Assembly (NCBI GenBank): GCA_965226885.1
Contig: CBDDEL010000014.1
Span: forward strand, 320,001-384,000
Direction: 5' to 3'
DNA: 64,000 nucleotides
From: Opitutales bacterium
GTDB taxonomy: Bacteria; Verrucomicrobiota; Verrucomicrobiia; Opitutales; UBA2987
This document shows positions 11,456 through 23,828 of the stretch, piece after piece. Both the position numbers and the translations under genes were made by a program. Numbering within the stretch: position 1 is the stretch's first letter; each line of letters begins with the position of its first letter. Below the pieces are notes generated by a model, which saw only the letters and a program-made list of their open reading frames with translations, did not search any database and was not told the origin of the DNA.

Positions 11456-12780
11456 TGATGTGCACTGGAAAAAGTGGACACGAGATTCTCCTAAATGGAG
11501 AATCGAAGCATGGGAAGAAGACGCAGTATAGAGTTCAAAAATGAGGCAGTTCAACTGATGATACTCGATGGTCTGAGCGCCACCGAGGTATCGACCAAAC
11601 TTGGGGTCAACACCAACCAATTGTATAGGTGGAAGAGGCTCTATCTGGACGATCAGCAGGGCGAAGCCACCTCAAAGCGACAGAGCAGTCCGAAGGAGAT
11701 GGCGGCCGAGATAGATCGTCTTCGCAAAGAGCTGCGCCGCTCGGAGCGGATCAACCAGATACTAAAAAAAACGGTGGGCTACTTTGCCAAGGACGAACAA
11801 TGAAGTACCAGTTTGTCAAAGACAACGAGGGGCGCTTCAAGATCGAGGAAATATGCTCGGCGATGGGGATTTGTCGCAGTGGCTATTACTGCTGGAGGCA
11901 CCGAGCGCCCTCGGCCCGGCGGATCGAGGACGAGGGAATCAAGGGGGCGATCCTGAAGGTACACAAAGAGGCCAAGGGCCGCTATGGGCATCGGCCAATG
12001 CACCGCCATCTGAAGGATGATGAGGGCATCGATTGCGGCCGTGACCGGGCTCTGCGTCTGATGCGTGAAATGGGAATCAAAAGCACCCAGAGTAAACGCT
12101 TTAAGCCATTAAAAACCAACAGTAACCATCCCTATGGTTACAGCCCCAATGTGCTTAAAAAGCATGGCCAGCCGACCCATATCGACGAGGTCTGGGTGGC
12201 GGACACGACCTACCTACGGACCCTGGCCGGTTGGATGTACTTGGCCACGGTGATGGACCTGTTCAGCCGACGCCTGCTGGGCTGGAGCGTTTCCAACCAC
12301 AACGACGCGAAGCTGGTTGGCAAGGCCCTCAAAGCCGCGGCCATGACCCGCGGCACACTGCGCACCGGGATTATTCATCACAGCGATCGGGGCAGCCCCT
12401 ACGCCAGCGACGACTATCAGAGGCTGGTCTCTGAACTAGGCATGAAGCCGAGCATGAGCGCCCAAGGCAACTGCTACGACAACGCGGCCATGGAATCGTT
12501 CTACGGCCGCTTCAAGACCAGCACGATTCGAGGCCGCCACTTTGCCGACGAGCGCGAACTGCGATCAACTGTCTTCGAATACGTGGAAATCTTCTACAAC
12601 CGATATCGCAAACATTCCTCTCTGAGTTACCAAAGCCCAGTCCAATTCGAGGAAAATATTTGCCCCCCATGGGGGGCAACGAGAAAACAAAACCCTTTAC
12701 CAAAACAAGCCGCCTGACACACTAATCAATAAACAATGAATATAAGAGAATCCCGTGTCCAACAAATCCAGTACACGTCA
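11456..12780 (+). mobile_element. IS3-family element (orfA 11495-11803, orfB 11800-12717)
   Basis: TG...CA ends with imperfect IRs; HTH orfA; rve integrase WVADTTY, HHSDRGSPY, DNAAMESF; no TSD. Confidence 0.95.
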
Positions 12781-13055
12781 ATAGAACGCATCCTAGGAAC
12801 AGTTGCAACCCTTGTGTGAGCTCTTTAGGGTAGATGATGGGCATAAGATAACGCTCGATGAAGCCGCTTGAATACCCAGATGACCCGCTCGCCTGTCGTA
12901 GCGAGTTCTCGAGGGGAGTAAGGGGACAGAACCACCCAAAGAATTCCAAAGCCGCGCCCCAAGCCACTGCGGGACCAAGCCACTGCGGGAATATGGAGCC
13001 AAGGTACCCAACGCCAGCAAAGGGCGAGCAAACCACCGAAGAGCGCGAAGATGAT
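12781..13055 (-). pseudogene. DUF2784-like membrane protein fragment
   Basis: WLHIPAVAW|GAALEFFGWFCPLTPLENSLR..GFIERYL; frameshifted by a 16-bp duplication at 12959-12990; both ends cut by IS. Confidence 0.75.
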
Positions 13056-13696
13056 TGATCGGACCCCATCTTTGCTACCAGCTACCACTTTAAGTGAGAG
13101 TATTTCCGTAGGTTTGGTATTGTAGGTTTTGCAGCGGGTGGCGCAATGAGGCCGTAGGCCGAATGGAGCCAGCCGCTGCTTTGTTGATTGTTCGCCAGAG
13201 TCTGGCAAATGTATTTGGGGAGAGAAAGCCTAATCGGCTGTGGGGGTGTTTCGCGTTGTATTTGTGTCGCCATTGTTCGACCACCACACGCGCTTCGGTC
13301 ACGCTCAGGAACAGTTCCTGATTAAGGCATTCATCGCGCAAACGATTATGAAAGGATTCTATATGTCCATTCTGCCAAGGGCTTCCTGGATCAATGTATG
13401 CAATGGCAATTTCCTGCCGCTGCAGTTCTTCTTTGACTTGGTGGGCTATAAACTCCGATCCGTTGTCCGAGCGGATGCACTGAGGTTTGCTGTTCTCCTT
13501 TATGGCTTTGTTCAATACCTCTACCACATCGGTACTTTTCAGTGAGCGCGCAACCTTAATGGCCAGGCATTGTCGGGTATGTTCATCGATCAGTGTCAAG
13601 AGCCTGAGCGGACCGCCCCGGTCGGTGCGATCCGCCACAAAGTCCCAACTCCACACATGGTTGGGCTGCACTGCTCGGGTCAGGGTAGCTGTAGAG
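13056..13696 (-). mobile_element. IS3-family (IS407-like) 3' remnant
   Basis: WSWDFV, RSDNGSEF, PGSPWQNGHIESF; IS end at about 13056; 5' part removed at the IS1 boundary. Confidence 0.85.
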
Positions 13697-14498
13697 GGTA
13701 GTGTATAAAAAAAGAATGTTATTTTGTATTTTTAGCTGTACAAATAGCGTTAGGCAGTTTATTCTTAGTGCATGGTTACTAAAATTATTAATTGTCGGCA
13801 CTGTGGAAGTGAAAATATCATTAAATTTGGCAAGACGCCCAACCATAAACAGCGCTACCGCTGCCATGATTGTGGTAAACAAAGCCGCGAAAACCCCACA
13901 GTGAAATACACCGAAGAGCAAAAAGAAATGATCCTTCGAGTCTATCAGGAACGCAGCAGTCTACGCGGTTTACAGCGCGCCTTCGGGGTGAGTCCCAACA
14001 CCGTTTTGAGTTGGTTAAAAAAAACGACAATCGCTGCGACCGCTCAAAAGCACGATTCTTGCGGCCCGCCGCCATGATGTCATTGAACTGGACGAACTGT
14101 GGTCTTTTGTGGGGCGCAAGAGCGATGCCCAATGGGTTTGGATCGCTCTTTGCCGACGCACCCGTCAAATCCTCTCCTATGCCATTGGGCCTCGGGATTG
14201 GTATCGTTGCCGGGAACTTTACGAGCGTCTGCCACGGGCCTACAAAAGATGTGCCACCTACAGCGACTTTTGGAGCACTTATGATGAGGTCTTTCCTCAT
14301 AACCGATCCGTGGGAAAAGAAACCGGTGAAACGGCCCATGTGGAACGATGGAACAATACCCTGCGCCAACGACTGGGTCGTTTCACACGCAAAACCCTCT
14401 CCTTTTCCAAGCTTAAGAGTATGCATGAAACCTGTCTGAGACTTTTCATTCATCAATATAATCAAGAATTAGCCACCATTCCTACTTAATACACTACC
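13697..14498 (+). mobile_element. IS1-family element type A (802 bp)
   Basis: IRs GGTAGTGTAT / ATACACTACC; InsA zinc ribbon CxxC..CxxC from 13772; InsB ELDELWSF..HVERWNNTLRQ to 14489. Confidence 0.95.
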
Positions 14499-14750
14499 GG
14501 AAATTGAACACTCCCCCGAAGCGGGGAAAAATATGGACGGCAGTGTTAAATCCGGAAAGTTCATTGTTTTGCACAGTCACCTTATCCACATCTTCCCCAT
14601 ATATCCCTGATGATTCTGTCCCGAGAACATGGATATGCTGAATTTTCGTTTTATCGGCCAAAATAACACCGTAACCACCATTGGTTGAATTAGTGGAATT
14701 AGTTATCATCGGCAGCTTATCTTTGTTAGCACCTTTCCCAATTTTACCTA
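14499..14750 (-). pseudogene. Parallel beta-helix protein fragment (duplicate of 53423-53674)
   Basis: PMITNS..GYGVILAD..GIYGEDVDKVTVQNNEL; matches the second copy. Confidence 0.6.
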
Positions 14751-15506
14751 GAGGCTGTCCCAAAAATATAAAGATTTTATAGTCAACTGGATGACGTTGA
14801 TAAAAAGAGCCGGAAAGAGCAAGTTTTTGCTCGATCCGGCCAAAAAAGGGTTCTATAATTGAGTTAGCGAAAATCAATATAGCCCTTTCTATGAAAAATA
14901 TAGCCATCCAATGCCTCCTGCGTCCAGCTTTAACTGTGGTCGACCGGTGCCTCGATTACGATAACTTCCGCGCCACCATTGATCGAATCGATCGGCTGCT
15001 GATCGACTCGGAGGTGGAATCGCAGGCCATTGAGCTGGCCTTGGAGGGGTGGCCGCCAATGGGTCTAAAGGCCCGGCGGCAGCGGGCCAGTTTTGCCATC
15101 AAGGCACTGCGCATGGATACGCTGGGCCGTCTGCTCGGAGGGATTTCGTTTCGGCATTTGTCGCGGGCTCTGGGCAGCAGCGATCTGTTGGCCGACTTTT
15201 GCCGTGTCCGGCAGATCGATGGCATCAGGGGCATCTCCAAAAGCACCCTGGAGCGGGCCTCGAAGTTTTTCAGCGAAGAGCAGTTGAGGGCCTTGCACCG
15301 GACCTTGACTGAGGTGGTGGGCGATGCCCTTCTGGCCCGGCAGGTGGGATTGGACAAGCCGATTGACACCACCATTTGCCTGATCGACGGCACCTGTTTG
15401 GAGGCTAACATTCATTGGCCGACGGACTGGGTATTACTCAAGGATGTAGCCGGCACGTTGCTCAAAGCGATCCGGCTGATCCGCGAGAAGGCCGGTTTGC
15501 GCCATC
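14751..15506 (+). mobile_element. IS5-like element 5' half, truncated by IS21
   Basis: IR at 14751; transposase 14891 to about codon 205, then the IS21 end TGTAAACGCC. Confidence 0.92.
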
Positions 15507-18001
15507 TGTAAACGCCGGGATGAAACCGGTACGGGGGTCGGGGTAAAACCGGTACGCTTGGAATAAGGTTTAGGTTAGTAATTGCAGGTACGTCAAGGTT
15601 TAGGGTTTGGGAGTTGGTTTTGGGGATTGGCTTGGGGTCGGTGAGGAGGCCGGAGGCCGACGAGCCGGGCCCAAGGCGTTTATTGTTTTGTGCCACGGCG
15701 ACGGCGTCGAGCATCGCGCAAGCGGTAGCTTTGCCCGTTGGCTTCGAGGATATGCACCCGATGGGTGAGTCGGTCCAGCAGAGCTCCGGTGAGCCGTTCG
15801 GAACCGAGCACTTCGATCCAGTTCTCAAAGGGCAGGTTGGTGGTGACGATGAGACTGGTGCGCTCGTAAGCGCGGCTGACCACGTCGAAGAGCAGTTCGG
15901 ACCCGGTCTTGGAAAAAGGGACGTAACCGAGTTCGTCGAGGATGAGTAGGTCGAGCCTTTCGAGTTGCTTCATGAAGCGCTGCAGGTCGTGGTTGTCGCG
16001 TTGCTCGAGCATATGGGTAACCAGGGCGGTGACCCCGAAGAAACGGATCCGCCGGCCCTGGGCACAGGCGGCAAAGCCCAGGGCGGTGGCCAGGTGCGTT
16101 TTACCGGTACCGGCGTTACCGAGGAGCAGCACGTTTTCGCGCTGGTCGACATACTCCCCGCGCATGAGCTCTCGGATGAGCGCTTCGTTGAGCGAGGGCT
16201 GCGCTTCAAAGGCGAAGCTCTCGAGGGTCTTGAGCACGGGGAAACGGGCGTTTTTGATCCGCCGCTGGGCGGCCCGCTGTTCGCGTTCAATGAGCTCCCG
16301 TTCGACCAGATGCAACAAAAAGGCGGCGTAATCGAGCCGGTCCCGGGAACAAGCCGCGGCCACCGCCGGCCATTCGCGCAGGATGGTGGGCAACTTCAGT
16401 TTCTTGAGGTGATGGTGTAACAGCAGCTGGTTTTTTTCTTCCTTCATAAAGCCCCTCCTGGAATCTTGAGCAGTTCGCTGTAGGCACCGAGGTCAGGGGC
16501 GGCCACACGGACGTGACGCAGGTGTGGATGGCCGTCCAGCCGGAAGGTTCTGCTCCCGTAGTCTTCCTGAGGATAGAGATACTGGGCGATGGCCTCACGA
16601 GTCAGTCCCCCCACCCGCAGGGCCGAGACGACGGCCTGCTGCAAGGCCGCCATGGGGTGTTTCTCCAACAGCCGCAGCACCCGGATATACTCCCGGGTGC
16701 CTTCGCCCCCGCATTGGCTTTCGAGCCGGCGTCTGAGGACCTGCAGGCACTGCGGCAACTGCCAGCCCGAGAGTGGGCGGGCGAAGTCCAAAGCGCCCGG
16801 TTTTTTCTCCAGCAAAGCCAGGTAGTGCACCGGCTCGAAAGAGACTTGCTCTTTATCCCAAATGCGGCGGTGCCGGGCCACCTCTTGGCCCCCACAGAAG
16901 ATCACCACCTGCCGACAGGACCCTTCCACCACCACCGGATGGTGGGCGCAGCGCACCAGCGAGAGGCTGCTGACGCAGGTCGAGCGTTTGCGGCTCGCTT
17001 CAAAGGGTATGGGCGGCAACGCCAGCATGACGGCGCGCTCCTCGGCCAGCAGTTCCTTTTTCACCGCCCTTTTCCCGCGTAATTTACGCTCCATGTCCCG
17101 CTCACATGCCTCCAACAGCTTTGCGTTGAGTTCCTCCAGGTCCCGAACCTGCGGTACCGGTACCAGGAAGTTGGCCCGGGCATAACGCACGATCCCCTCG
17201 ACCACGCCCTTCTCGTTGGGCCGGGCGGGCAGACAGAAGTGTTCCTCGAACAGGTAATGGCTCTGTAGCTGCAGAAACCCGTCGGTCAGCTTGCGTTCAC
17301 GCGAACCGATAATCTTACCCACCGCCACCTTCGAGTTGTCATAGCTGATGCGCCGGGGCACCGCCCCGAAAAACTCAAAAGCTCGCAGGTGCCCCTCCCA
17401 GAAGCTCTCCGTGCACTCCCGTTCGAACACCTGCACGAAAAAGGCATCGCTGTAGGGCAGGCTCATGGCAAAAAATGGCCGCCTACGCAATTGCCCCGCC
17501 TCCTTCACCAGGGCATGACCGAAGTCCACCTGTCCCTCCCCGGGGCGGTGCTCCAGCGGCACGAACACTTCCCGCCGCCTCGCTCGCGCAGCTCGGCCAC
17601 CACCTCCTTGACCGCCGTGTAGCCCCCTTGGTAGCCCTTCTCCCGACCCAAACGCTGGTAGATCCGTTTGGCCGTATGGCGCTGCTTCTTGGGCACGTTC
17701 CGGTCCGCTTTGAGCACCTCCTCGATCCAGCCCACATACGGATCGATCTTGCGCTCTCGCCTCTTCTTGCGCCGGTATCCCGGCGGCTGGGAATAGGCCA
17801 GCATCTTTCCCAGGGTCTCCCAGTGCAGTCCCTCTTCTCGCATTACAGAGCGCTTGCTCTGCTTGTCCCGCAGCACTTTGTGCCGCACTCTTGTCCATTG
17901 CTTCATATCTCGATACACTCCTCCTTTCTAGGATAAGCGTAATAAGCGTACCGGTTTTAAAGCGCCCTCTTTACCGTACCGGTTTTTCCCCGGCGTTTAC
18001 A
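15507..18001 (-). mobile_element. IS21-family element (istA frameshifted and with a 33-bp deletion)
   Basis: TGT...ACA ends with repeated ACCGGT motifs; istA 16444-17918 split across two frames. Confidence 0.95.
15680..16447 (-). CDS. istB: IS21 helper ATPase IstB
   Basis: GNAGTGKTHLA Walker A, LLILDELGY Walker B, ALLDRLTH. Confidence 0.95.
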   Translation of the reverse strand: MKEEKNQLLLHHHLKKLKLPTILREWPAVAAACSRDRLDYAAFLLHLVERELIEREQRAAQRRIKNARFPVLKTLESFAFEAQPSLNEALIRELMRGEYVDQRENVLLLGNAGTGKTHLATALGFAACAQGRRIRFFGVTALVTHMLEQRDNHDLQRFMKQLERLDLLILDELGYVPFSKTGSELLFDVVSRAYERTSLIVTTNLPFENWIEVLGSERLTGALLDRLTHRVHILEANGQSYRLRDARRRRRGTKQ

Positions 18002-18481
18002 ATTTATCGAGTGCATCAACTTCAGCCCCGTTTTGAATGAAGAGTTCGCAAAGGTCAGTGCGTCCTTGTAATGCTGCCTCATGTAAAGGTGTATACTTCT
18101 CTGCGGCAGCGAGGTAGTTAACATATGCTCCATGTTTTATGAGAAGCTCCGCAATGGTTTTTGATCGGTCGACTCTTTGACTCTCCCTTGGACCGATAGC
18201 AATAGGTTCTGATGTAATAGTGGAGAAAAGAGCTGTTTTAGATACACCTTTCATTACCCGAATATTTGGATCAGCTCCGTTTTTGAGAAGTGTTTTAACA
18301 GCATCTACATAAACATAATTTTGATGGACTGCCCATCCGAGGATAGCGATTTCTCCATCTTTTATCTTGTTAACGTCTGGATTGTTTTGAAGGAGATTTG
18401 CAATTTCTGTTTCAAATTTTATCTCAGCATCCAGCTTTTCGGTAGGAAATTTTATCTCAGCATCCCGCTTTTCAGTAGGTA
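18002..18481 (-). pseudogene. Ankyrin-repeat protein fragment between IS elements
   Basis: LLKNGADPN, LLIKHGAYVN, YTPLHEAALQG..FIQNGAEVD. Confidence 0.8.
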
Positions 18482-20298
18482 GAGGCTGTCCCAAAAGGGT
18501 GATTTTTGCGAGGGCTTTTGATAGGCGCTCATTTTAGAGGTATTTGCATTTGGGAGAGTATCAACTTTGCTCTCCTATGACGCTAGGATACTGGTTTTGG
18601 GGTCCGGTTGCCTGGTTTTCTTTGTATGAGCCGACAGTAAGGCTGTGAAAAAGTATTGTCCTTGCTTTTCCGCTCTCTAGGCCGCCGCTTTGGTTTTTAG
18701 TTCGTCTTGCTGGGCCAGCATCTTGGCTACTTTCCATAGGTTGTGCGAGAGTACCGACCAGGCTACGCTGATCGAGCGGTTGGCAAAGCCTTTGCTGCGC
18801 AACCGCCCGGCCTGCCAGCGATTCTTCAATACCCCGATCCGCCCTTCGGTGCTGGCCCGGCGCTTTTGCAATTGCCTGAACAGTGGTTCCTCCATCCGTT
18901 TTTTCAACTGCTTCGGATCGCGTGGACAGAGCGCGTCGTAGATTCCCTCCTGGGCTAACTGCCGGCGGGCCCGCTGGGAGGCAAATCCCCGGTCCGCGCA
19001 CATGGCCGCTATGGGTTCTTCCAGGTTGAAGCGGTTCTGTCTTTGCAAACTCTCTTGCATTTGTTCATTTTCGCTTGGAGTTCGGCTGCCGTAGAGTCTC
19101 CAGTCCAGCAGGTACCCTTCAACGCTTTCTCCCAAAAACAGGGTGTTGCCGAACTCGACCTCTTGGCCCGCTTTACCTCGCACAATCACCTGCCCATCGA
19201 GTTCGTAAACACTCAAGACTTTCTCTGCGTTTTTCACCTGGCGGCCGCCAATGATCCGCTCGTGCGCCTGTTTGATGACCACCGGGATTTGCTCGCTCAT
19301 GCGCTCCATCCGGGCGAGGATCTGTTGGACCTGTTTTTCGCTGTAATCGCTTTGCTCCCAGCAGGCTTGCAATAATTCCCGGTGACTGCGGGCATGCTCC
19401 CCGATCCGTTTGAGCAGCTTTTTCATCTGCCTCAAGATACCCTTGCGCTGCCGCGCGCTGTCCTTTCGCCGCCGGCTGTGGGTCATCTGTATGCACAGCC
19501 GATTCATCTGCCGAGCCAAGGGCTCCGGTTCGATCGGCATGCGATGGCGCAAACCGGCCTTCTCGCGGATCAGCCGGATCGCTTTGAGCAACGTGCCGGC
19601 TACATCCTTGAGTAATACCCAGTCCGTCGGCCAATGAATGTTAGCCTCCAAACAGGTGCCGTCGATCAGGCAAATGGTGGTGTCAATCGGCTTGTCCAAT
19701 CCCACCTGCCGGGCCAGAAGGGCATCGCCCACCACCTCAGTCAAGGTCCGGTGCAAGGCCCTCAACTGCTCTTCGCTGAAAAACTTCGAGGCCCGCTCCA
19801 GGGTGCTTTTGGAGATGCCCCTGATGCCATCGATCTGCCGGACACGGCAAAAGTCGGCCAACAGATCGCTGCTGCCCAGAGCCCGCGACAAATGCCGAAA
19901 CGAAATCCCTCCGAGCAGACGGCCCAGCGTATCCATGCGCAGTGCCTTGATGGCAAAACTGGCCCGCTGCCGCCGGGCCTTTAGACCCATTGGCGGCCAC
20001 CCCTCCAAGGCCAGCTCAATGGCCTGCGATTCCACCTCCGAGTCGATCAGCAGCCGATCGATTCGATCAATGGTGGCGCGGAAGTTATCGTAATCGAGGC
20101 ACCGGTCGACCACAGTTAAAGCTGGACGCAGGAGGCATTGGATGGCTATATTTTTCATAGAAAGGGCTATATTGATTTTCGCTAACTCAATTATAGAACC
20201 CTTTTTTGGCCGGATCGAGCAAAAACTTGCTCTTTCCGGCTCTTTTTATCAACGTCATCCAGTTGACTATAAAATCTTTATATTTTTGGGACAGCCTC
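18482..20298 (-). mobile_element. IS5-like/ISNCY element, complete (transposase 18677-20158)
   Basis: Both IRs present, 1817 bp, intact 493-aa ORF; flanks TAGGTA / TAATTA do not match. Confidence 0.95.
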
Positions 20299-20376
20299 TA
20301 ATTAGTTCATTTGTTTCACTTTTTTGCTTATCTCCTTCAATTGACATTTCGGAAATTTCGACAATTATGTAGAGCT

Positions 20377-20694
20377 ATGATCACCTTGACAGAAAAAGCT
20401 GCTCGCCGCGTCCGCGACTTGCGATCGGAAATTGACGATGAGAGCAAACTGCTGCGTCTTTTGGTCGAAGCCGGCGGATGTTCCGGCATGGAATACGGGA
20501 TGTCCTTCGATCATAAGAAGGAAGGCGATGTAGAATTGGAGAGCGTCGGCGTGCGCTTCATCATCGATTCCCAAAGCCTCTCCCACATGAAAGGCTCGGA
20601 AGTGGATTTTGATGATGGGCTGCACGGGAAAGGTTTCGAAATCCGCAATCCCAACGCCGAATCCACTTGCGGGTGCGGCCGCTCCTTCAACTGA
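20377..20694 (+). CDS. HesB/IscA/ErpA Fe-S cluster assembly accessory protein
   Basis: ITLTEKAA, GGCSGMEY, NPNAESTCGCGRSF. Confidence 0.95.
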   Translation: MITLTEKAARRVRDLRSEIDDESKLLRLLVEAGGCSGMEYGMSFDHKKEGDVELESVGVRFIIDSQSLSHMKGSEVDFDDGLHGKGFEIRNPNAESTCGCGRSFN

Positions 20695-20721
20695 ATTTGA
20701 TTATTTGCTTTGCCCGTTGCC

Positions 20722-21192
20722 TTATTGCGGGAACTGATAGAGAAGAAATTCCGATTCGTATATCATTTGACCGGTTTCGGCGCCTCCATCATCCAGAATG
20801 TCATCGACGAGGGCAAAAATAACACTGTTATCCTGGCCTGGAGTGTCGAGGACAAGTTCCGGCGTGTAGCCGCCTCCGGGAGAATAATAGTCCCAGGAAG
20901 CTCCGCTCAGGGCGGATCCATCCCGCCATGTCGCTCTACTGATCCAGCCGGAAAATACCCCTGGAAATCCGCCACCCGTCACCTGGGGGAAAACGCCAAT
21001 TTCCAATACGTAGGCCTCGATGGCGTCGCGGAATGTGCGGACGTCGTTGGCGATGGTTGTGGCCTGCGCCTTGGCGCGAACTTTATTATAGGCGGGAATG
21101 GCCATGACCGACAACAAACCAATGATAACGACCACAATCATTATCTCCACTAGAGTAAACGCGCTACTTCTTCTAACTCTTTCCACAAGCAA
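20722..21192 (-). CDS. Type IV pilin / pseudopilin-like protein
   Basis: A|FTLVEIMIVVVIIGLLSVMAIPAY prepilin N-methylation motif. Confidence 0.9.
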   Translation of the reverse strand: MLVERVRRSSAFTLVEIMIVVVIIGLLSVMAIPAYNKVRAKAQATTIANDVRTFRDAIEAYVLEIGVFPQVTGGGFPGVFSGWISRATWRDGSALSGASWDYYSPGGGYTPELVLDTPGQDNSVIFALVDDILDDGGAETGQMIYESEFLLYQFPQ

Positions 21193-21303
21193 TACCTATA
21201 ACAAAAATTAACCATTTGGTTTTTTTAAAAAACACGATTCGGTATTAATTTCGGAATATATTCACTGCGGGTTAAGAAGAATTTTCGAAAAAGTCTCGAT
21301 TAT

Positions 21304-22674
21304 TCAGGTTTGGAATTGGATTCGCTGGGCGGTGGATCGGTGGTTGGCCAAGAGTTGGTCGAGCTCGAGACCGGGGATGCGACCCTCTCGCACTCGGATG
21401 CGGCCATTGACGATCAGGGTGTCCACCTGACGGGGAAAGCACAGGATGAGGGCTTCGACCGCATTTTCGGCTCCGCTGCTGAAAATATCCTCAGCCGGGA
21501 AGATCGCCAGGTCGGCGCATTTGCCGGTTTCCAGGGAACCGAGGTCATCGCTGCGGCCCAGGCAGGCCGCCCCTTCGGTCGTGGCCAATTGGAGGGCCTC
21601 CATAACGCTCATGGCGCCGGCGCCGTATTTGACCCGGGCCAGGAGGAGCGCCTGCCGCACCTCATTGAGCATGTGCCCGGAGTCATTGGAGGCGCTCCCG
21701 TCAACCCCCAGGCCGACTCTGGCGCCTGCTTTTTGCAGGTCATTGACCCGGCAAATTCCAGCACCCAGCCGCATATTGGAGCAGGGGCAGTGGGCGATGC
21801 CCATCTTTCGCCTGCCGAGATGGGCAATTTCACCTTCGTCGAAGTGGATTCCGTGGGCCAGCCATACGCGTTGCGTTTCCCAACCGCAATCGGCCAGAAA
21901 CGGCAATTGCCGGCGCCCCAGGTGGTCGAGCGCATATTGATCTTCGGCCAGAGTCTCCCCGCAATGGGTGTGCAAACCCAGGTCCAGAGCAGTAGCCAGG
22001 CGGGCGCTTTCGGAATATAGGGTGGGGGACGCGCAGGTGAGAGCCGATGGGGCCAAAAACAAACGGCTCATGCTGCCGCCTTCAGGATCGTGGTAGCGGT
22101 CATGCAGACGCTGGCAGTCATGCATGATTTCGTCCATCGTTTCGGTTGCCCATTGCGGTATGATTTCCGAAGCGGTGTCCATGGAACCGCGACCGGCGTG
22201 AAACCGCATCCCCATATCTCTGGCGGCCTCGAATTGGGCGTCGATATAGCCGGCGCTTGATGATGGAAACAGGTAGTGATGATCGGCGGTCGTTGTGCAT
22301 CCGGTCAGCATCAATTCGGCCATGGCGACCTTTGTGGCGATGAAGATGTCATCCGCGGTCAGGTTTTTGAATAGCGATGTGATGCAGGTCAGCCAGGGGA
22401 GAAGGGCAAAGTTCGTAGCCGGTGAGTGAGCCCGGGCCAGATTTTGAAAAAAATGATGGTGAGTATTGATCAGCCCCGGCAGTGCGATGCCTTGGCGGGC
22501 GTCAATGGTTTCGCTATCGGCAGATTCCTGCTCCGGCGGTTGACCACATCCTATGGCGCAAATCCAGCCGTCTGCTATGTCAATCCAAGCGTTTTTCAAT
22601 ACCGAACACTTCGCATCCATCGTGACGAGATGGCCGATATTCTTTATGCGGAGTCGAGAGCTGACAGAATTCAT
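21304..22674 (-). CDS. Amidohydrolase, 8-oxoguanine deaminase-like
   Basis: PGLINTHHHFFQ, GCTTTADHHY, HTHCGET, HCPCSNMRL, GLGVDGSASND. Confidence 0.88.
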   Translation of the reverse strand: MNSVSSRLRIKNIGHLVTMDAKCSVLKNAWIDIADGWICAIGCGQPPEQESADSETIDARQGIALPGLINTHHHFFQNLARAHSPATNFALLPWLTCITSLFKNLTADDIFIATKVAMAELMLTGCTTTADHHYLFPSSSAGYIDAQFEAARDMGMRFHAGRGSMDTASEIIPQWATETMDEIMHDCQRLHDRYHDPEGGSMSRLFLAPSALTCASPTLYSESARLATALDLGLHTHCGETLAEDQYALDHLGRRQLPFLADCGWETQRVWLAHGIHFDEGEIAHLGRRKMGIAHCPCSNMRLGAGICRVNDLQKAGARVGLGVDGSASNDSGHMLNEVRQALLLARVKYGAGAMSVMEALQLATTEGAACLGRSDDLGSLETGKCADLAIFPAEDIFSSGAENAVEALILCFPRQVDTLIVNGRIRVREGRIPGLELDQLLANHRSTAQRIQFQT

Positions 22675-22753
22675 TTCCAGGGACCATAGTGATTGCTGCT
22701 TTAGTTAGTCAGCAGAAAAATGCCACGGCCACAGGGGATTGTCTTGCCCGGCC

Positions 22754-23828
22754 CTAAGCTGTAAATTTTCTGCCGAGTCCTAATTTGGCCAGCTCCTGGT
22801 GATAGACAATCGATGTGCGGTCCGCGCGGACATGCACTTCCTCGGCCAGATCGAGCGGCAGGCGTTCCGGGGTTTGCCTTTCGACAATAGCTCGGTCTTC
22901 GCTGTAAAGCTTGTCCTGAAAAGCGAGACATCCTCTACCGGTTGATTGCGGTCAAAGTTTCGGGTCACAATGGCAAAGAGACGCGATTGTTCCGCTGAGC
23001 AGGGACTGTTGGCGTTCAGAATGGTGATGATTCCTCCTTCCGGTTCCGGGCAATGAATCACCAGCCGGGCTGTAAAGGGTAGGTAGATGTGGTAAACCCT
23101 TCTCCAAATAGCTTCGTCTATTTCGCTGTTGGAAGTATCGGCAAGGCGAGGGGCATTGCCAACCGTGCTGATGTAATCGGCATAAACTCCATAGGATGTA
23201 GGTTTGACCTTGTAATTGGGCACCAAGACATCCTCTTGGCGGGAAAAAGAATCGAAGTGGATGAAAGCGAAATGGGCTACGTCGGAAAAGCTCTCGATCT
23301 GCCGTCCCGAAGAGATTTTCCAATCCATTGGCGGCACATTTATGTTTTGATATTCCGCATCGTCGAATTCCGGAAATTCGGCCATCATCCCCTTTGGTTC
23401 CGTTCCCAGGCAGACCCATATCAAGCCGTACTTTTCCTGGCAGAGGTAGGTTTTCAAGCAAAGCCGCCCGGAGATCGGCGCCTCTGGGTTTGCTGGTACA
23501 AGTGTGCACTTCCCATGAGCATTGTAGCGATAACCATGATAGGCGCAGACGATTTCGTCGCCCTCCATTGTTCCGATACTGAGCGGCGTTCCCCGATGGA
23601 GGCAGAGATCCCGTGCCGCGGTAATTTTATTACAAGTGCGATAAAGCACAATTTCCTCATCCAGCAGTTTTCTTGCCACGGGCGCGTCTTGAACCTCATC
23701 GCTATATGCTACCGGATGCCAATAGGATGCCAATAGACTGAAAGAATTTCCCAATCGCTTGTAGAAAATGTGCACCCGTCCGGCATGATCACCGATTTCT
23801 CATTATTCATGGCATTTGATTCATCCAT
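22754..23828 (-). pseudogene. Rieske non-heme iron oxygenase alpha subunit (VanA/Ndm-like), two frameshifts
   Basis: CLHRG..CAYHG Rieske ligands, ESFSDVAHFAFIH; N-terminus (CTFSTSDWEILSVYWHP) shifted by an 11-bp duplication at 23714-23735; C-terminus (EDRAIVERQTPERLPLDL..ADRTS) in another frame after about 22928. Confidence 0.85.

Noticed and set aside
18476..18481. TAGGTA shared with the flank of the IS5-like copies at 14751 and 53422 as a split TSD
   Set aside because: Joining would fuse oppositely oriented unrelated genes; other flanks (TAATTA twice, TAAGTG) suggest simple target preference
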